From assembly GCA_964016885.1 (NCBI GenBank), contig OZ024754.1, positions 30,256,001 to 30,320,000 on the forward strand: a stretch of 64,000 nucleotides of DNA, written 5' to 3'. Made by a program: the position numbers and the translations under genes. The first letter of the stretch is position 1; every line of letters starts with the position of its first letter. Positions 25,920 through 38,889 of the stretch are shown here, one piece after another. The stretch comes from Eledone cirrhosa. Taxonomy: Eukaryota. Below the pieces are notes generated by a model. It was not told the origin of the DNA. It saw nothing but the letters and a program-made list of their open reading frames with translations, and did no database searches.

Positions 25920-26204
25920 CGCATACTTGCAAACAGAATTATACAAAAAGGTGTATTTATAATCGGTTTAAAATAAAAGGTAAGAATAATAAAACAAATC
26001 GATTATGGTGACTAGAATATTTACTTTGTTCTCCTCCTCCCCCCCCCCCATAGTGTAAACTATGTTTCATTATCTATCCCGCCGAGTTCAAATCCCGCCG
26101 AGGTTGACTTTGCCTTTCATCCTTACGGGGTCGATAAAATAAAATACCAGTAATGCACTGGGTAATTGCTGGTCTTGTACCTAAAGTAGAAACAATTATC
26201 TATC

Positions 26205-27042
26205 TAAGGCGGGTAAAATTCCCGAGATCCATGGACGAGTTCTCTCCAGCGGTCTCTGTCCCTCATTATCGCTGCCATGTCCTGCGTCTCCAACAGACCA
26301 GTGTCTGTCCTTAGGGCATCAACATACGTTAACCTTGGTCTCCCCTTTTAGTGTGTCCATGTAGGGGCTCCCACAGCAGCACTGAGTGCAGTGTCAACTC
26401 TGGATGTCGGTGAGCATGTCCAGCTAACCTCAGTCTCCTCTGTGTCATTTTTGAGCTGACTTTTGGGATGCTCCCATACAGCTCTGAGTTTTTCATCCTC
26501 AGTGTATACTGATTAATGTTCAGAGCCATCCTCAGCATTCTCGTGTAGCACCCATCCACCATCTGAGTGAGTTTCTTGGTCAGTGTCCAAGTCTCAGACC
26601 CGCACAGCAGCACAGACTCCACTACAGCAATGAAGAGGCGGATTTTCAGGTCTTTACGAAGGTCCGACTTCCACACTGATCTCAAGCTGTGGCACGCCGC
26701 CCAGGCTTTGCTCTTCCTCTCAACCACATCATCTTCCGTATTCTCAATCTTTGCTCCCAAATACAGGAAGCCCTCAACCAATTCTAGCGGCTTCCCGCCT
26801 ACATTAGTGATCCCCTCTAGCTTCTCAACATTCTCTACCAGATATTTTCTTTTAGTCTCATTCATTCTCAGCCCCACACTCATCGACACAGTCTCAACCT
26901 CCCGCATCAAATCCTCTGCTTCCTTCACTGTATTTGTCACCAAAACTATGTCGTCGGCAAATTCAGCATCCGATACCTTTTTCGCCTTAACTCTCCTGCT
27001 CTGAGACGGTGCTACAGTAAAGCCAGAGTCCTGGTGTTTCAT
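26205..27042 (-). mobile_element. 5'-truncated RTE-like LINE family 2 (RT C-terminus and 3' end)
   Basis: ORF 26329-27042 with FADD, GLRMNETK, FLYLG, ESVLLCGSETWTL, RLRLAGH motifs; short (TAGA)n tail. Confidence 0.9.
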
Positions 27043-27189
27043 TATACATTCCTCTACTAATATAAACCCCCTGCCTTCTCTATGTCCTAAACACCTTTAA
27101 TCTGCCAGCTATATTGTATTGCTGAGCCTCCATCAGCTTCAACGATGACTCTTCCAGTATCTCCATGAACAGAACAACCTGCTCGTGAA

Positions 27190-27480
27190 ACTAACGTGCT
27201 GGCGAGAGTGCTTGGCTATTCCAGCAACTTAGCGTTGCTATCATCAGGCCTTACTGACTTATCTATCCGGCGATGCTCCTGAAGAGGGGGCTTAGCTGTT
27301 CCAGCGCCTCATCTTCACTATCATTAGGCCTTACTGACATATTAGGTGATGTTCCTGGTGAGGGTGTTTTGCTGTCCTAGCAGCTTGGACTCACTGTCAT
27401 CCAGATGTACTGAAGGATCAGGTGATGCTCTTCATAAGGGTGCTTGACTGTTTCAGTGCTTCAGCCTTACTATCACCCAC
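27190..27480. repeat. Degenerate tandem repeat of about 75 bp, roughly four copies; related unit on the minus strand at 16875-16950
   Basis: CCTTACTGAC...GATGCTC...GAGGG..CTT.GCT.TTCCAGC recurs. Confidence 0.6.
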
Positions 27481-27654
27481 AGTAATGTTGTGTGCATCTT
27501 TTAGGTGCAAATCTCAGGGTCATTCATGGCTGAAGGGAGTCTTTACCCTATAATAAATTATTTCTTACAAATGTTGTTTTTTTTCTCTAATATATAACTC
27601 ATAAATATATACACATACAATTACATACACATACAAATATATACCCATGCGATC

Positions 27655-27775
27655 ACATACAAATACAATCATACAAATACAATCATACAAATACAAATAC
27701 AATCATACAAATACAATCATACAAATACAATCATACAAATACAATCATACAAATACAATCATACAAATACAATCC
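27655..27775. repeat. (CATACAAATACAAT)n 14-bp minisatellite
   Basis: Directly visible. Confidence 0.9.
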
Positions 27776-28239
27776 CAGACATACACATACAAATACATAC
27801 ACATACAAATAAATACACATATCATCATATACACATATATTCATAGACATACACATGCAAATATATTTGCATATGATCACACACACATACACATATCCAT
27901 AAAGTTAACAAAGCAAATGGACAATAACAATAAAAAATGAGTCAGAAAAAGAAAAAAAATGTACCAGTTTCATACTGGGATTTATTCTTCCTCTATAACT
28001 CTTTCTCATTTCCTCTCTCTCACTTTCTACCTTTCTCTGGAAGAAATCTGCTCTATTCAGATCAGGAGAAGAGATGGGCTCTGCCGGGTTTAAAGATGCC
28101 CTAAAAATGTTGTGAGTCAATACACTGCCCTTACAACTCCTTTGGGAGTTACATGCAAAGTTCTTTGCTTTGTTCAAAATGTTCAGCCTTATGATGAGCC
28201 ACATCCTATATGGCCCACTGCTTGAAAAAGGTTGCCCAT

Positions 28240-28745
28240 ACCAAACCTAAAAACTTCCCAAAGCTAAAGTAGCAACAAAAGAAAACTATGGTGACGGTTT
28301 AGTGTCCACAGCTGGATTGATCCACTACGGCTTTGTAAATCCTGGTGAAACATCACAGCAGAAAAGCATTATCATGAAATCGATGAAATGCATAAAAAAG
28401 GTCCAGCATAAAAAATGTCCATCATTGTTCAATAGAAAAGGTTTACGACCAATGTTCTAGAGGTTATTTGAGGTGTGCTGAACTACACCTCATACAACTA
28501 ATGATCCAGAGGTTGACCAAACTGGACTATGAAACTCTGCTTCACCCAACGTACTCACCAACTGACTACCATATTTTCAAAGCATTTCAACGAGTTCTTG
28601 CAAAGAACAGTCTTCACCAAACCAACAACCACAAAAATACCCTCAAAGAATTCATTATCTCCAGAACTGTAGAATTATATATTATTAGAATAAATAAACT
28701 TGTATCTTATTGGCAAAAACATGTAGATTCTCATGGTTTTATTTC
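28240..28745 (+). pseudogene. Decayed mariner (Tc1/mariner) transposase C-terminal half
   Basis: LLHPTYSPTDYHIF (degenerate HPPYSPDLAPSDYHLF), INKLVSYWQKHVDSHGF; upstream AGLIHYGFVNPGET..HEIDEMHKK with frameshifts. Confidence 0.85.
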
Positions 28746-30492
28746 AATCAACCTCCCCTTATACATTCCTAGCTGCTGCCCCCTTGTGAAGTGGCTGGTG
28801 GTGGGAAGAGCATCCAGCCGTGGAGGGCTTGTTAAACAAAGGGTTGGGAAGACCCTTTAGTTGCGTCAAAGACACAGCAACCTCCCTAGTGTTGGTGATC
28901 TACATGATAAATGTACCCAGTACATGTTGTAAAGTGGTTGATGATAGGAAGGGCATCCAGCCATAGAAAGCTTGCTGAAGAATCCTGCAGTTGTGTCAAA
29001 GACAAGACAACCCTTCTTATGCACTTGGTAGAGTTTGAGACTACATAAGTAAGATAACAGATCCCTGGCTTATCTAGAAGATCAGTAGCCCCATTTCAGT
29101 ACAGACTTGGTCTATGTAGACCCATCCAATCCTTGCTAATGGGGAAAGGGGACATTAAAACAATGATGATGATGAACATTTATGCTGGACTGAGATATTT
29201 AATTTTAAAATTAGCTTTAAAAACAACTTGATAATTTCTGAACAACTTAATAATTTGATGAGTCTAGGATTGGTATGCAACATATACCAGGATTACTGAA
29301 TATATTAGTAATCATATAAATTAGAAAATTTGCACAAGAGAAACCTTATAGTTTATGTTAATTACTAACACATGGAATTGATTAAAAATAAAAATATTTT
29401 GATAATATATTTATAGGGTATAATTAGATAAATGTTCAGTATATATGTACAAATAACATACATGATTAAATGAATAAGTAATTTCGGAGAAATAACTATT
29501 TACAGGGACATGTGCAGGGTTGAAACCCAGGACCTTGTGATTGGAAAGTGAACATCTTATTGTAACAACATGACTGAGATAGGAAATCAATTCAGATTAT
29601 GTTTGTGTGTGTAAATTTTAAAGAGTTACAGATGGATATGTACATAAATATACAAACACTTGTGGTATATTGTAATGGCTGATTATAGAATTGGTGTAGT
29701 ACAAATTGAAATATTGGAGAAGCCAACCTAACCTACTTATGATGCCGGCATATTCAAGTTTCAAATTACGGAATTTATTACAAAAGTCAAGAAAACTAAC
29801 TGCTCCCCCAAATTCTACGACATAAGCAAAATTAAAACAAATTAACAAGCCGTATCAAATTCGTTTGTAACAGATTCTTTGGGATAAAATAATTCCCTGG
29901 TATACAATGAAGGAAAACAGTAGAGAGACAGAGAGAGAGAGTGGTGTAATCCCAACAGAGGACCCTCCATTGAGATTATATGATATATCTATGCTTCCAA
30001 TGTGGGCACAAACATGCATTTGGAACTAAACAGATCTATGGTCTTCTCAGTCCCCAAACATTTGCGAACACTTCATATATATATAAGTGGAAGATCAAGG
30101 AAAACAACGGTCAATCTGTTGCAAGAGAGCTTATTTAGTACAAACAGTGTGTGTCTGTGTGCTCCAATGAAGGGCCAGTTCGGAAGTGCCTTTTCCAATA
30201 TATAGTGGTGGCCATAACTGGACCCCAAAACCATGTAATAATGTATGAAACATTGTTTATACTATATATATATATATGCCAACAGTTGCAAGCATGGAGA
30301 AATGGACATGAAAATGAAAGGCTATAATAAGTGGTACTAACAGGAAAACATGTTAAATTGTGAGGAAGAGAATGAATGAGAGAGAACAATAGATAGGATT
30401 ACATCATTTATTAATTTATTATATTGCACAGTGAGTGTGAGAGTTCTCTTTGGTGAAACCAATCATTTACATAAGATAATTTGTTCTCTCTT

Positions 30493-30527
<35 letters not shown>

Positions 30528-30770
30528 GATGATGATGATGATGATGATATCATCATCATCATCATCATCATCGATTAACGTCTATCTTCCACGCTAGCAT
30601 GGGTTAAACAGGTTTGTCCCATTTACAGGCAAGTTAGGTCGGGTGACCATGTCTCGTTCATACAGAAGTGTTTCTGGCTGGATGCCCTTCCTAATGCCAA
30701 CCACATTGGCAGTGTGTGCTGGGTGCTTTTTGCTGTCTTTTACACGTCCACTTTACAGTGTGAGCTGAGT

Positions 30771-31111
30771 CATCATCATCATCATCATCATTTTACGTCC
30801 GCTTTTCCCTGCTTGCAAGGGTGGGGCAGGAACTGATTCTGGCTTGATTTCTACAACTGGATGCCCTTCCTAACACCAACCTCATTTACAGTGAGTGATG
30901 GGTGCTTTTTTTCCGTGGCACCTCCACGACCACATTGCAGTGGAATGATAGGGACCCCAGTCATATCATCTCATTTCTACAGCTGAGTGAACTGGAGCAA
31001 TGTGAAATAAAGTGTCTTGCTCAAGGAAACAACACATCACCCAGTCTGAGAATTGAACTTACAACCTTTCGATTGCAAGGCCAATGCTCTAACCACTAAG
31101 CCATGTGCCTC
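30771..31111 (-). mobile_element. SINE family A, full length
   Basis: Reverse complement of the family consensus; abuts the 5' truncation point of the RTE. Confidence 0.9.
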
Positions 31112-31112
31112 T

Positions 31113-33998
31113 ATATAACTATAGAGGCATTAAGTTAGTTGACCAGGTCATGAATATCACAGAAAGAGTTATAGCACAACTAATCATAGATCGAATTAAT
31201 CTAGATGAAATGCAGTTTGGGTTTGTGTCAGGTAAAAGTACCACAGATGCTCTTTTCCTTGTACGACAACTACAGGAGAAGTACCTAGCTAAAAAGCAAA
31301 CCCCTCTACTTAGCTTTTGTTGACTTGGAGAAAGCCTTTGACAGAGTCCCATGCTTCATCATCCGGTGGGCCCTTAGAAAGCTAGGAGTAGATGAATGGC
31401 TTGTGAGAGCTATACAAGCCATGTATAAAGATACAGTCAGTAAGGTTAGAATTAACAATGAATATAGTGAAGAATTTAGCGTAAAAGTCGGTGTTCATCA
31501 AGGCTCTGTCCTTAGCCCCCTCCTGTTTATTATCGCCCTTCAGGCTATAACAGAGGAGTTTAAGACTGCCCATGGGAACTTCTATATACATATGATTTAA
31601 TGCTCATAGCTGATTCGATGGCTGAACTAGAGAAGAAATTCCAAACATGGAAGCATGGCCTAGAATCAAAAGGCCTTAAAGTTAACTTGTCTAAGTCAAA
31701 TGCAAACTATGGGTACATAAAAGATGTAGTGAGATTACAGGCAAGCTATCTAAGAACGTAGATTTTATATGTGGCCGATGCTCAGGTGCAATAAGTAGCA
31801 AGTGCTCACAAGATACTAGCTCCTTCTACTGCCCAGATGGTTCCATAGAAATAGTGGACACTTTCTGTTACCTGGGTGACAAAATCAGCATTGGTGGTGG
31901 GTGTTCTGAAAGTACAGTAGCCAGAGTTAGAACGGGATGGAAAAAGTTCAGAGAGCTTATACCGCTGTTGGCCACAAAAGGTTTCTCTCTGAAAATGAAA
32001 GGCAGATTGTATGATGCTTGTATACAAACAGCTATGTTACATGGGACTGAGACAAAGGCATTATGTGCAGAGGATTGGAAAGGAACGAAGCATGCATACT
32101 CCGTTGGATGTGTAATCTATACATATATATAAAGTAGTTGTCTGTAGTTGTCTGTGTGTCCTCATTTTTGCAAAGTCTATACAAATCCACATTTCTACTC
32201 CGATTAACTTCAAACTTGCATTTATATATTCCTTGCAGTCTAAAGATATTAACTGCAGCTTTTATTTTTCAATTTTCTGTTGTTCAAGGGGTGTTAGGCG
32301 CTGGTTATCGATCTCCGTCGCGCCTTATAATATCTGTCTGTATGCCTGGCTGTCTGCATTTCGACATTCTGACAAACATTGATGACGTATTATGTTCGCT
32401 ATTTTTCATTCATTGCCAGGGAATGTCTTCACAAATCAAAGTATCGTCTTCCTCTTTTCCTTCGGTTGCAACGTTTTTCGAAATATTTACTTCTGCGTTC
32501 ACAGATTGATTTTTTTTTAGTTTCAGAAGATTCCGTTAAGGGTGAAAGCAGCGATTCTTTGCTTAAACTTTAATCTGTTATTTTAATATATAATATAAGC
32601 GAGGCAAGCCAGCCCAGTTTCCACTTCTTGCCAATAAACATTAACCTTTTGTGCGCCATTCATCTAACTGTAGACCAACAAATACCAACTAAACGGAGCA
32701 TTGACAAGAACAATGGCAAATGAATCTTCGAGGTAAGCAGTTTCCTCCCGAGCTGTTAGTTCACGCGGGATTCTCTGTTACACCTTTTCGTAATAATACC
32801 GAACAACGTACTGCTGGTCACTCCTTCCTCCAAAAGCTGTACAAAGCGGATATGTGCATCGGGGAGATGGATCGGGTGCAAATCTACACCAAGCCTACGC
32901 GAGAAATTCACAAGGGACTGCACCGAGAGGGATAGAGAGAAAGAGTAACTTAGTGGAAAGAGTGCAAATGAACTTTTGAGGTAAGTGGCCTACACCTTAC
33001 TGCTATTGCACTGGAACCTTCTGCCAACTTAACCTGTGACTTTCTCTTTCACATTTACTCCAATAGGCCAAAACAGAGGAGTATGAAAAGAAGGGGCTCA
33101 ACAATATTTCTATGAACAATGCACGTAGACAGCTAAACTGTACTTTCAACTTTTCTCCAAATAAAACAAGTTTCCTGTCGGTATATTTTCGTGAGTTTTT
33201 AACAGGCACTCACAAATAAATGTTTCTTATTGGAGGTGCTATTACCAATGTTTTTACCCGTGCAACGCCGGGATACACTGCTAGTAGTAATATACACGAA
33301 CAGCAAAAGATAAATGAACTAAGTGAGAAATTAGGAATAAGAGGGAGCAGATGCTGTTTACTCGAGAGAAGATTACATTGGTACTGTCATGTGATGTGCA
33401 TGAAAGACGACAGCTGTATAAAAAAAATGCAGGGCGATCAAAATTGAGGGAAGTTACTGAGTAGGTAGACCCAGAAAAACCTGAGACGACTTGATAAAGT
33501 CCGACCTTGCACACTTGCACCTCTCTAAGACAATGTCACTGGATCGAGATCTTTGGCGACACGCAGTATTACAGAAGACCCGCCTTCCCTACGTGCAAAG
33601 TTAACCTACAGTCAGTAGGCCCCTCCAAACCAAACACACCCCAACCATTACCCCACTCTATCCCCCCACTCCCACTAACACCACCCTTTCTCTATAAAGT
33701 TATGTTGGTACCACAACATCCAGTCCACACTAATGGGATCGTGTAGGTGTCACAACAAAAACACACAGTCCACGCTGTAATGTGGTTGTGTGGGTAACAC
33801 GGTAAAAAGTTCCCAGTCCACACTGTAAATGTGGTTGGTGTTAGGAAGGGCATCCAGTCGTAGAAAACCTGCCAGATAGTCCTATACGAGTGAGACACAG
33901 TCACCCGACCAATCTTGCCTCAAGTGGGACAACTCCCGTCTAACCCATGCTAGCGTGGAAGATAGACGTTAAACGATGATGATGATGATGATGATGAT
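31113..33998 (+). mobile_element. 5'-truncated RTE LINE family 1 (frameshifted RT, 3' UTR, (GAT)n tail), interrupted by a Helitron
   Basis: NYRGIKL, QFGFVSGKSTTDALF, DLEKAFDRV, GVHQGSVLSPLLF, FCYLG motifs; UTR 33600-33998. Confidence 0.92.
32116..33284 (+). mobile_element. Non-autonomous Helitron, 1169 bp
   Basis: A|TC 5' end, subterminal hairpin CCCGTGCAACGCCGGG, CTAG|T 3' end, no TSD; removing it restores the RTE sequence TGTAA|TAGTAATATAC seen in the 36-kb copy. Confidence 0.92.
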
Positions 33999-34004
33999 AT
34001 ATAT

Positions 34005-35607
34005 ATATCATCATTGTCACCATTTAATGTTCATTTTTCTGTGCTAGCATGGGTTAGACGGGTTGTCCTGTTGTGTGTGTTTTATCATGACACCAAAATT
34101 ACAGTCTAACAGAATGGACTGGGTGATTTTTTGTCATGTCACCAGCACGACCACTTTACAGTGTGGACTGGGTGCTTTTTGTCGTGTCACCAGCATGACC
34201 AGTTTACAGTGTGGACTGGGGAGGTGCATGGTGCTTGGAGAGGTAGATCTGGGGTAAGGCACTTATCTGGTGAGTGGTGGTTGCTATAGATGTAGGGTGG
34301 GGTATTAGGACACGGGTGGAGTGTTAGGATGTGGGAGGTGTATGGAAGGATGAGGGAGAGTAAGGGGAAGTAGTGTGTACTAGATATATGCTTCAACCTA
34401 TGCACATGGGAAGGCAGGTCTTACTCCATGTTGCCAGATATCTCAATCCTGTGTCATCACCTTTGGGACGTGTAATGGGGCAAGGTCCACTTTTATCACC
34501 TCATCTCAAGTCTTCTTAGGTGTTGCTGCTCCATAGTTTCCATCAACTTTGAGTGCCCTGCACCTTTTTATACAGCTATCATCCTTCATACCCATCATAT
34601 GTCCATACCAACGCAATCTCCTCTCTAGTATACTACATGTGATCCCTCTTATGCCCAGTTTCTCTCTCAATTCATTTATGCTTTACCATTCATGTATATT
34701 ATTCAGAGACCTTGCTTTGCAGCATAGAGTTATGGCCCTTTACGTTCTGAGTTCAAATCCCGCCAAGGTTAACTTTGCCTTTCATCCTTACGGGGTCAAT
34801 AAAATAAAGCACCAGTAATGCACTGAGGCAATTGCTGGCCTTGTGCCAAAAGTAGAAACAATTATTATTACACATCCATCGAAGCATGCCAGATTCATTT
34901 CTTTCCAATTCTTGCAAGTCCTCTGCACACAGTGCCCGGGTCTCACTACCATGTAACATTGCTGTTTATATATAGTGGAGGCACATGGCTTAGTGGTTAG
35001 AGCATTGGCCTTGCAATCGAAAGGTTGTGAGTTCAATTCTCAGACCGGGTGATGTGTTGTTTCCTTGAGCAAGACACTTTATTTCACTTTGCTCCAGTTT
35101 ACTCAGCTGTAGAAATAAGATGATAGGGACTGGGGTCCCTATCATTCCACTGCAAAGTGGTCGTGGAGGTGCCACGGCAAAAAAGCACCCAGCACTCACT
35201 GTAAATGAGGTTGGTGTTAGGAAGGGCATCCAGCTGTAGAAATCAAGCCAGCATCAATTCCCGTCCCACCCTTGCAAGCAGGGAAAAGTGGACGTAAAAT
35301 GAAATGATGATATATGCATCATACAATTTGCTTTCATTTTGAGGGAAAAACTTTTTGTAGCTAACAACGGTAGTAGCTCCCTGAACTTTTCCATTCTGTC
35401 CTCACTCTGGCTACTGTAATTTCAGAACACTCACCTCCATTGCTAATTTGGTTACCCAGGTAACAGAACCTGTCAACTGCTTCTATGGACCTTTCCAAGA
35501 ATTTGATAGCGGTTGTTTCCTGTGAGTGTTTGATACTGCTCTTGTGCAACAGCCACAAGTAAACCCTATATTCTTAGCTAACCTACCTGAGATCCCACTA
35601 CATCACT
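34005..35607 (-). mobile_element. Older diverged RTE family 1 relative, carrying a SINE B insertion (about 34710-34865) and a SINE A insertion
   Basis: DRFCYLGNQISNGGECSEITVARVRTEWK and MLHGSETRALCAEDLQELERNE remnants; 3' UTR with (CAT)n. Confidence 0.8.
34977..35311 (+). mobile_element. SINE family A nested in an RTE
   Basis: Near-identical to the other copies; RTE sequence continues on both sides. Confidence 0.9.
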
Positions 35608-35614
35608 TATATAT

Positions 35615-38006
35615 ATCATCATCATCATCATCATCATCATCTTCGTTTAACGTTCATCTTCCACGCTAGCATGGGTTAGATGGGAGTTGTCCCACATGAG
35701 GCAAGGTTCGTTGGTTTACTGTGTCTCGCTCATAGAAGACTATCTGGCAGGTTTTCTATGGCTGGATGCCCTTCCTAACACCAACCACATTTACAGTGTG
35801 GACTGGGTACTTTTTACCGTGTTACCTACACGCCCACATTACAACGTGGACTGTGTGTTTTTTTGTTGTGACACCTACACGATCTTGATCTCGATCTCAT
35901 TATCTGCTATGCTTTGACGCATAGAGTTACGGCCCTTGCCATTCTGAGTTCAAATCCCACCGAGGTTAACTTTGCCTTTCATCCTTACGAGGTTGATAAA
36001 ATAAAGTACCAGTAATGTACTGGGTACTTGCTGGCCTTGTGTCAATAGTAGAAACAATTATCTCATTTATTTGGACTTAATGTTGTGGTACCAACTTTAC
36101 AGAGAGAGGGTGGTGTTGGTGGGAGTGGGAGGATAGAGTAGGGGTAGTGGATTGGGGTATATATTTGGTTAAGAGGTGCCTTCTGACTAGGTTTCGCTTT
36201 GTACATAGGCAAGGCGGGTCTTCTGTATTACTGTGTAGCACCAAAGATCTCGATCCAGTGACATTGTCTTAGAGAGGTGAAAGTGTGTAAGGTCGGAATT
36301 TATCAAATCGTCCCAGGTTTTACTGGGCCTACCTACTCCATAACTTCCATCAATTTTGATCGCTCTGCACTTTTTATACAGCTGTCGTCTTTCATGTGCA
36401 TCACATGGCCATACCAATGTAGTCTTCTCTCAAGTAAACAGCATCTGATCCCTCTTATTCCTAATTTCTCACTTAGTTCATTTATGCTTTGCTGTTCACG
36501 TATATTACTATTACACATCCAACGGAGCATGCATGCTTCGTTCCTTTCCAGTCTGCGCAGGTCTTCTGCACGTAATGCCCATCTCTCACTGCCATGTAAC
36601 ATTGTTGTTCGTATACAGGCATCATACAGTCTGCCTTTCATTTTTAGTGAGAAACCTTTTGTGGCCAACAGCGGTATAAGCTCTCTAAACTTTTTCCATC
36701 CCGTTCTGACTCTGGCTACTGTACTTTCAGAACACCCTCCACCACTGCTGACTTTGTCACCCAGGTAACGGAAAGTGTCCACTATTTCTATAGAACCATC
36801 TGGGCAATAGAAGGAGCTAGTATCCTGTGGGCACTTACTACTTATTGCACCTGAGCATCGGCCACATATAAAATCTACATTCTTAGATAGTGATCCCACT
36901 TCATCTTTTATGTACCCATAGTTTGCATTTGGGACATAAAATGGAATTTCTGCCTACTCCTTTCCTACACACTGAGCATGGCCATTTCCTTGAGGGCACC
37001 TGTGCCCTATTTTCCTTTCTACAAACTAGAACTTTAGTCTTAGGCAAGTTAACTTTAAGGCCTTTTGATTCTAGGCCATTCTTCCATGTTTGGGATTTCT
37101 TCTCTAGTTCAGCCATAGATTCAGCTATGAGAGTTAGATCATCTGCGTATAGGAGTTCCCATGCACAGCCAGTCTTAAACTCCTCTGTTATAGCCTGAAG
37201 GGCAATGATAATTAGTAGGGGTCTAAGGACAGAGCCTTGATGAACACCAACTTTTACACTAAATTCTTCACAATATTCATTGTTAATTCTAACCTTACTG
37301 ACTGTTTCTTTATACATAGCTTGTATAGCTCTCACAAGCCATTCATCTACACCTAGTTTTCTAAAAGTCCACCAGATAATGGAGCGGGGACTCCGTCAAA
37401 GGCTTTCTCCAGGTATACAAAAGCTAAGTAGAGGGGTTTACTTTTAGCTAGGTACTTCTCCTGTAGTTGTCGTACAAGGAAAAGAGCGTCTGTGGTACTT
37501 TTACCTGACACAAACCCATCTAGATCAATTCGCTCTCTGATTAGTTGCGCTATAACTCTTTCTGCGACCTTCATGGTCTGGTCAACTAACTTAATGCCTC
37601 TATAGTTTCCCCTATCTAGAGCATCCCCTTTACCCTTGTAGCAGTTAATGATGATGTTGCTACGCCAGTTTTTTGGTATGACCCCATTCTGTATTACTTG
37701 GTTTACTATACGGACGACCATAGTATCTCCCACCATTCCAGATGCCTTCAACATCTCAGCAACTATCTCCGAAGGCCCAGCTGCCTTGCCTGTCTTCATA
37801 TCTTTGATTGCCTTACTTATTATACTACCTTTAACTTGCACCGCTGGTCCTTCTATTGGATCGATTTAAGGCATTCTATCTTTTTCCCATTTATTCTCCT
37901 CATTTTATAGTCTCTCGTAGTGACACTTCCAGGCTATCTTCTTATCAGTATCAGTGAGGGCAAGTACACCATTATCATTACGGACACACTTCTCCTCGAC
38001 AATATC

Positions 38007-38010
<4 letters not shown>
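35615..38010 (-). mobile_element. 5'-truncated RTE LINE family 1, best-preserved copy, with a PHD-like finger
   Basis: ORFs 37353-37841, 36901-37335 (YADD), 36333-36899 and 36187-36417 tile one RT ORF; 3' UTR and tail 35615-36190. Confidence 0.93.
35905..36062 (+). mobile_element. SINE family B inserted in the RTE 3' UTR
   Basis: Absent from the homologous UTR at about 41140-41160; flanked by duplicated ATTATCT. Confidence 0.82.
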
Positions 38011-38084
<74 letters not shown>

Positions 38085-38889
38085 TATATACATATATATA
38101 TACATACATATATATATATCTAGGCAAGGTATAGATATATATATGGTTAAAAAGTTCGCTTTGTAATCACATGGTTCTGGGTTTGTCAAATGCCTTCTTC
38201 TACAGCATCGAGTTGATCAAAGATTTGTAAGGGAAATTTGGGAAATGGTAACTGCCAAAGTCAGTACTTGCCCCCCCCCCCCCCCTCCCAATACCCACAT
38301 ATATTGTAATCATAATCATCACCGTTTTACATATGTTTTTCACGCTTGCCTGGTTTAGACAGGTTATCATGATCTGAGGATTGACATGTCAGTCAGATGA
38401 CTAAGTCTTACTCATACATTCCATTTCAATGTGATTTCTACATTTTGATGCTCCTTCAGAGGTGTACCGCGTTTATTTTATCAGGGTACCACCACTACCA
38501 CTTGACAAGCTGAATCAGGTGCTTTTTATCATAGCACCAGCACTACCATTTTACAGTGTAGCCTAGGTGAGTGCTTTTATCATGGCACCAGCACTATCAC
38601 TTTACAGTGTGGCCCAGGTGGGTGCTTTTTATCATGACACCAGCACTACCCATTTCCAGTGAGGGCTGAGGGCTGAGCATATTTTATTGTGGTACCAGTA
38701 CTACCATACGTTTGTGTCCTTGGAGAAAAGTGATAGGGAGTAGTGGAGGAAATGGGGTGTGATGAGAGTGGGGATTTGGCTACCACTTACTAGAGGGAGG
38801 AGGGGGTTGGCCTTAGGGTGATTGATGTTGGGATATATTGGTATAGTGGTAGTATGAGGGTGGGTGAACATGGCTTTCTAAGGTCACAA

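Noticed and set aside
29625-29870. Weak terminal inverted similarity GTTACAGATGGAT / ATTCGTTTGTAAC
   Set aside because: Several mismatches, no TSD and no second copy in the window
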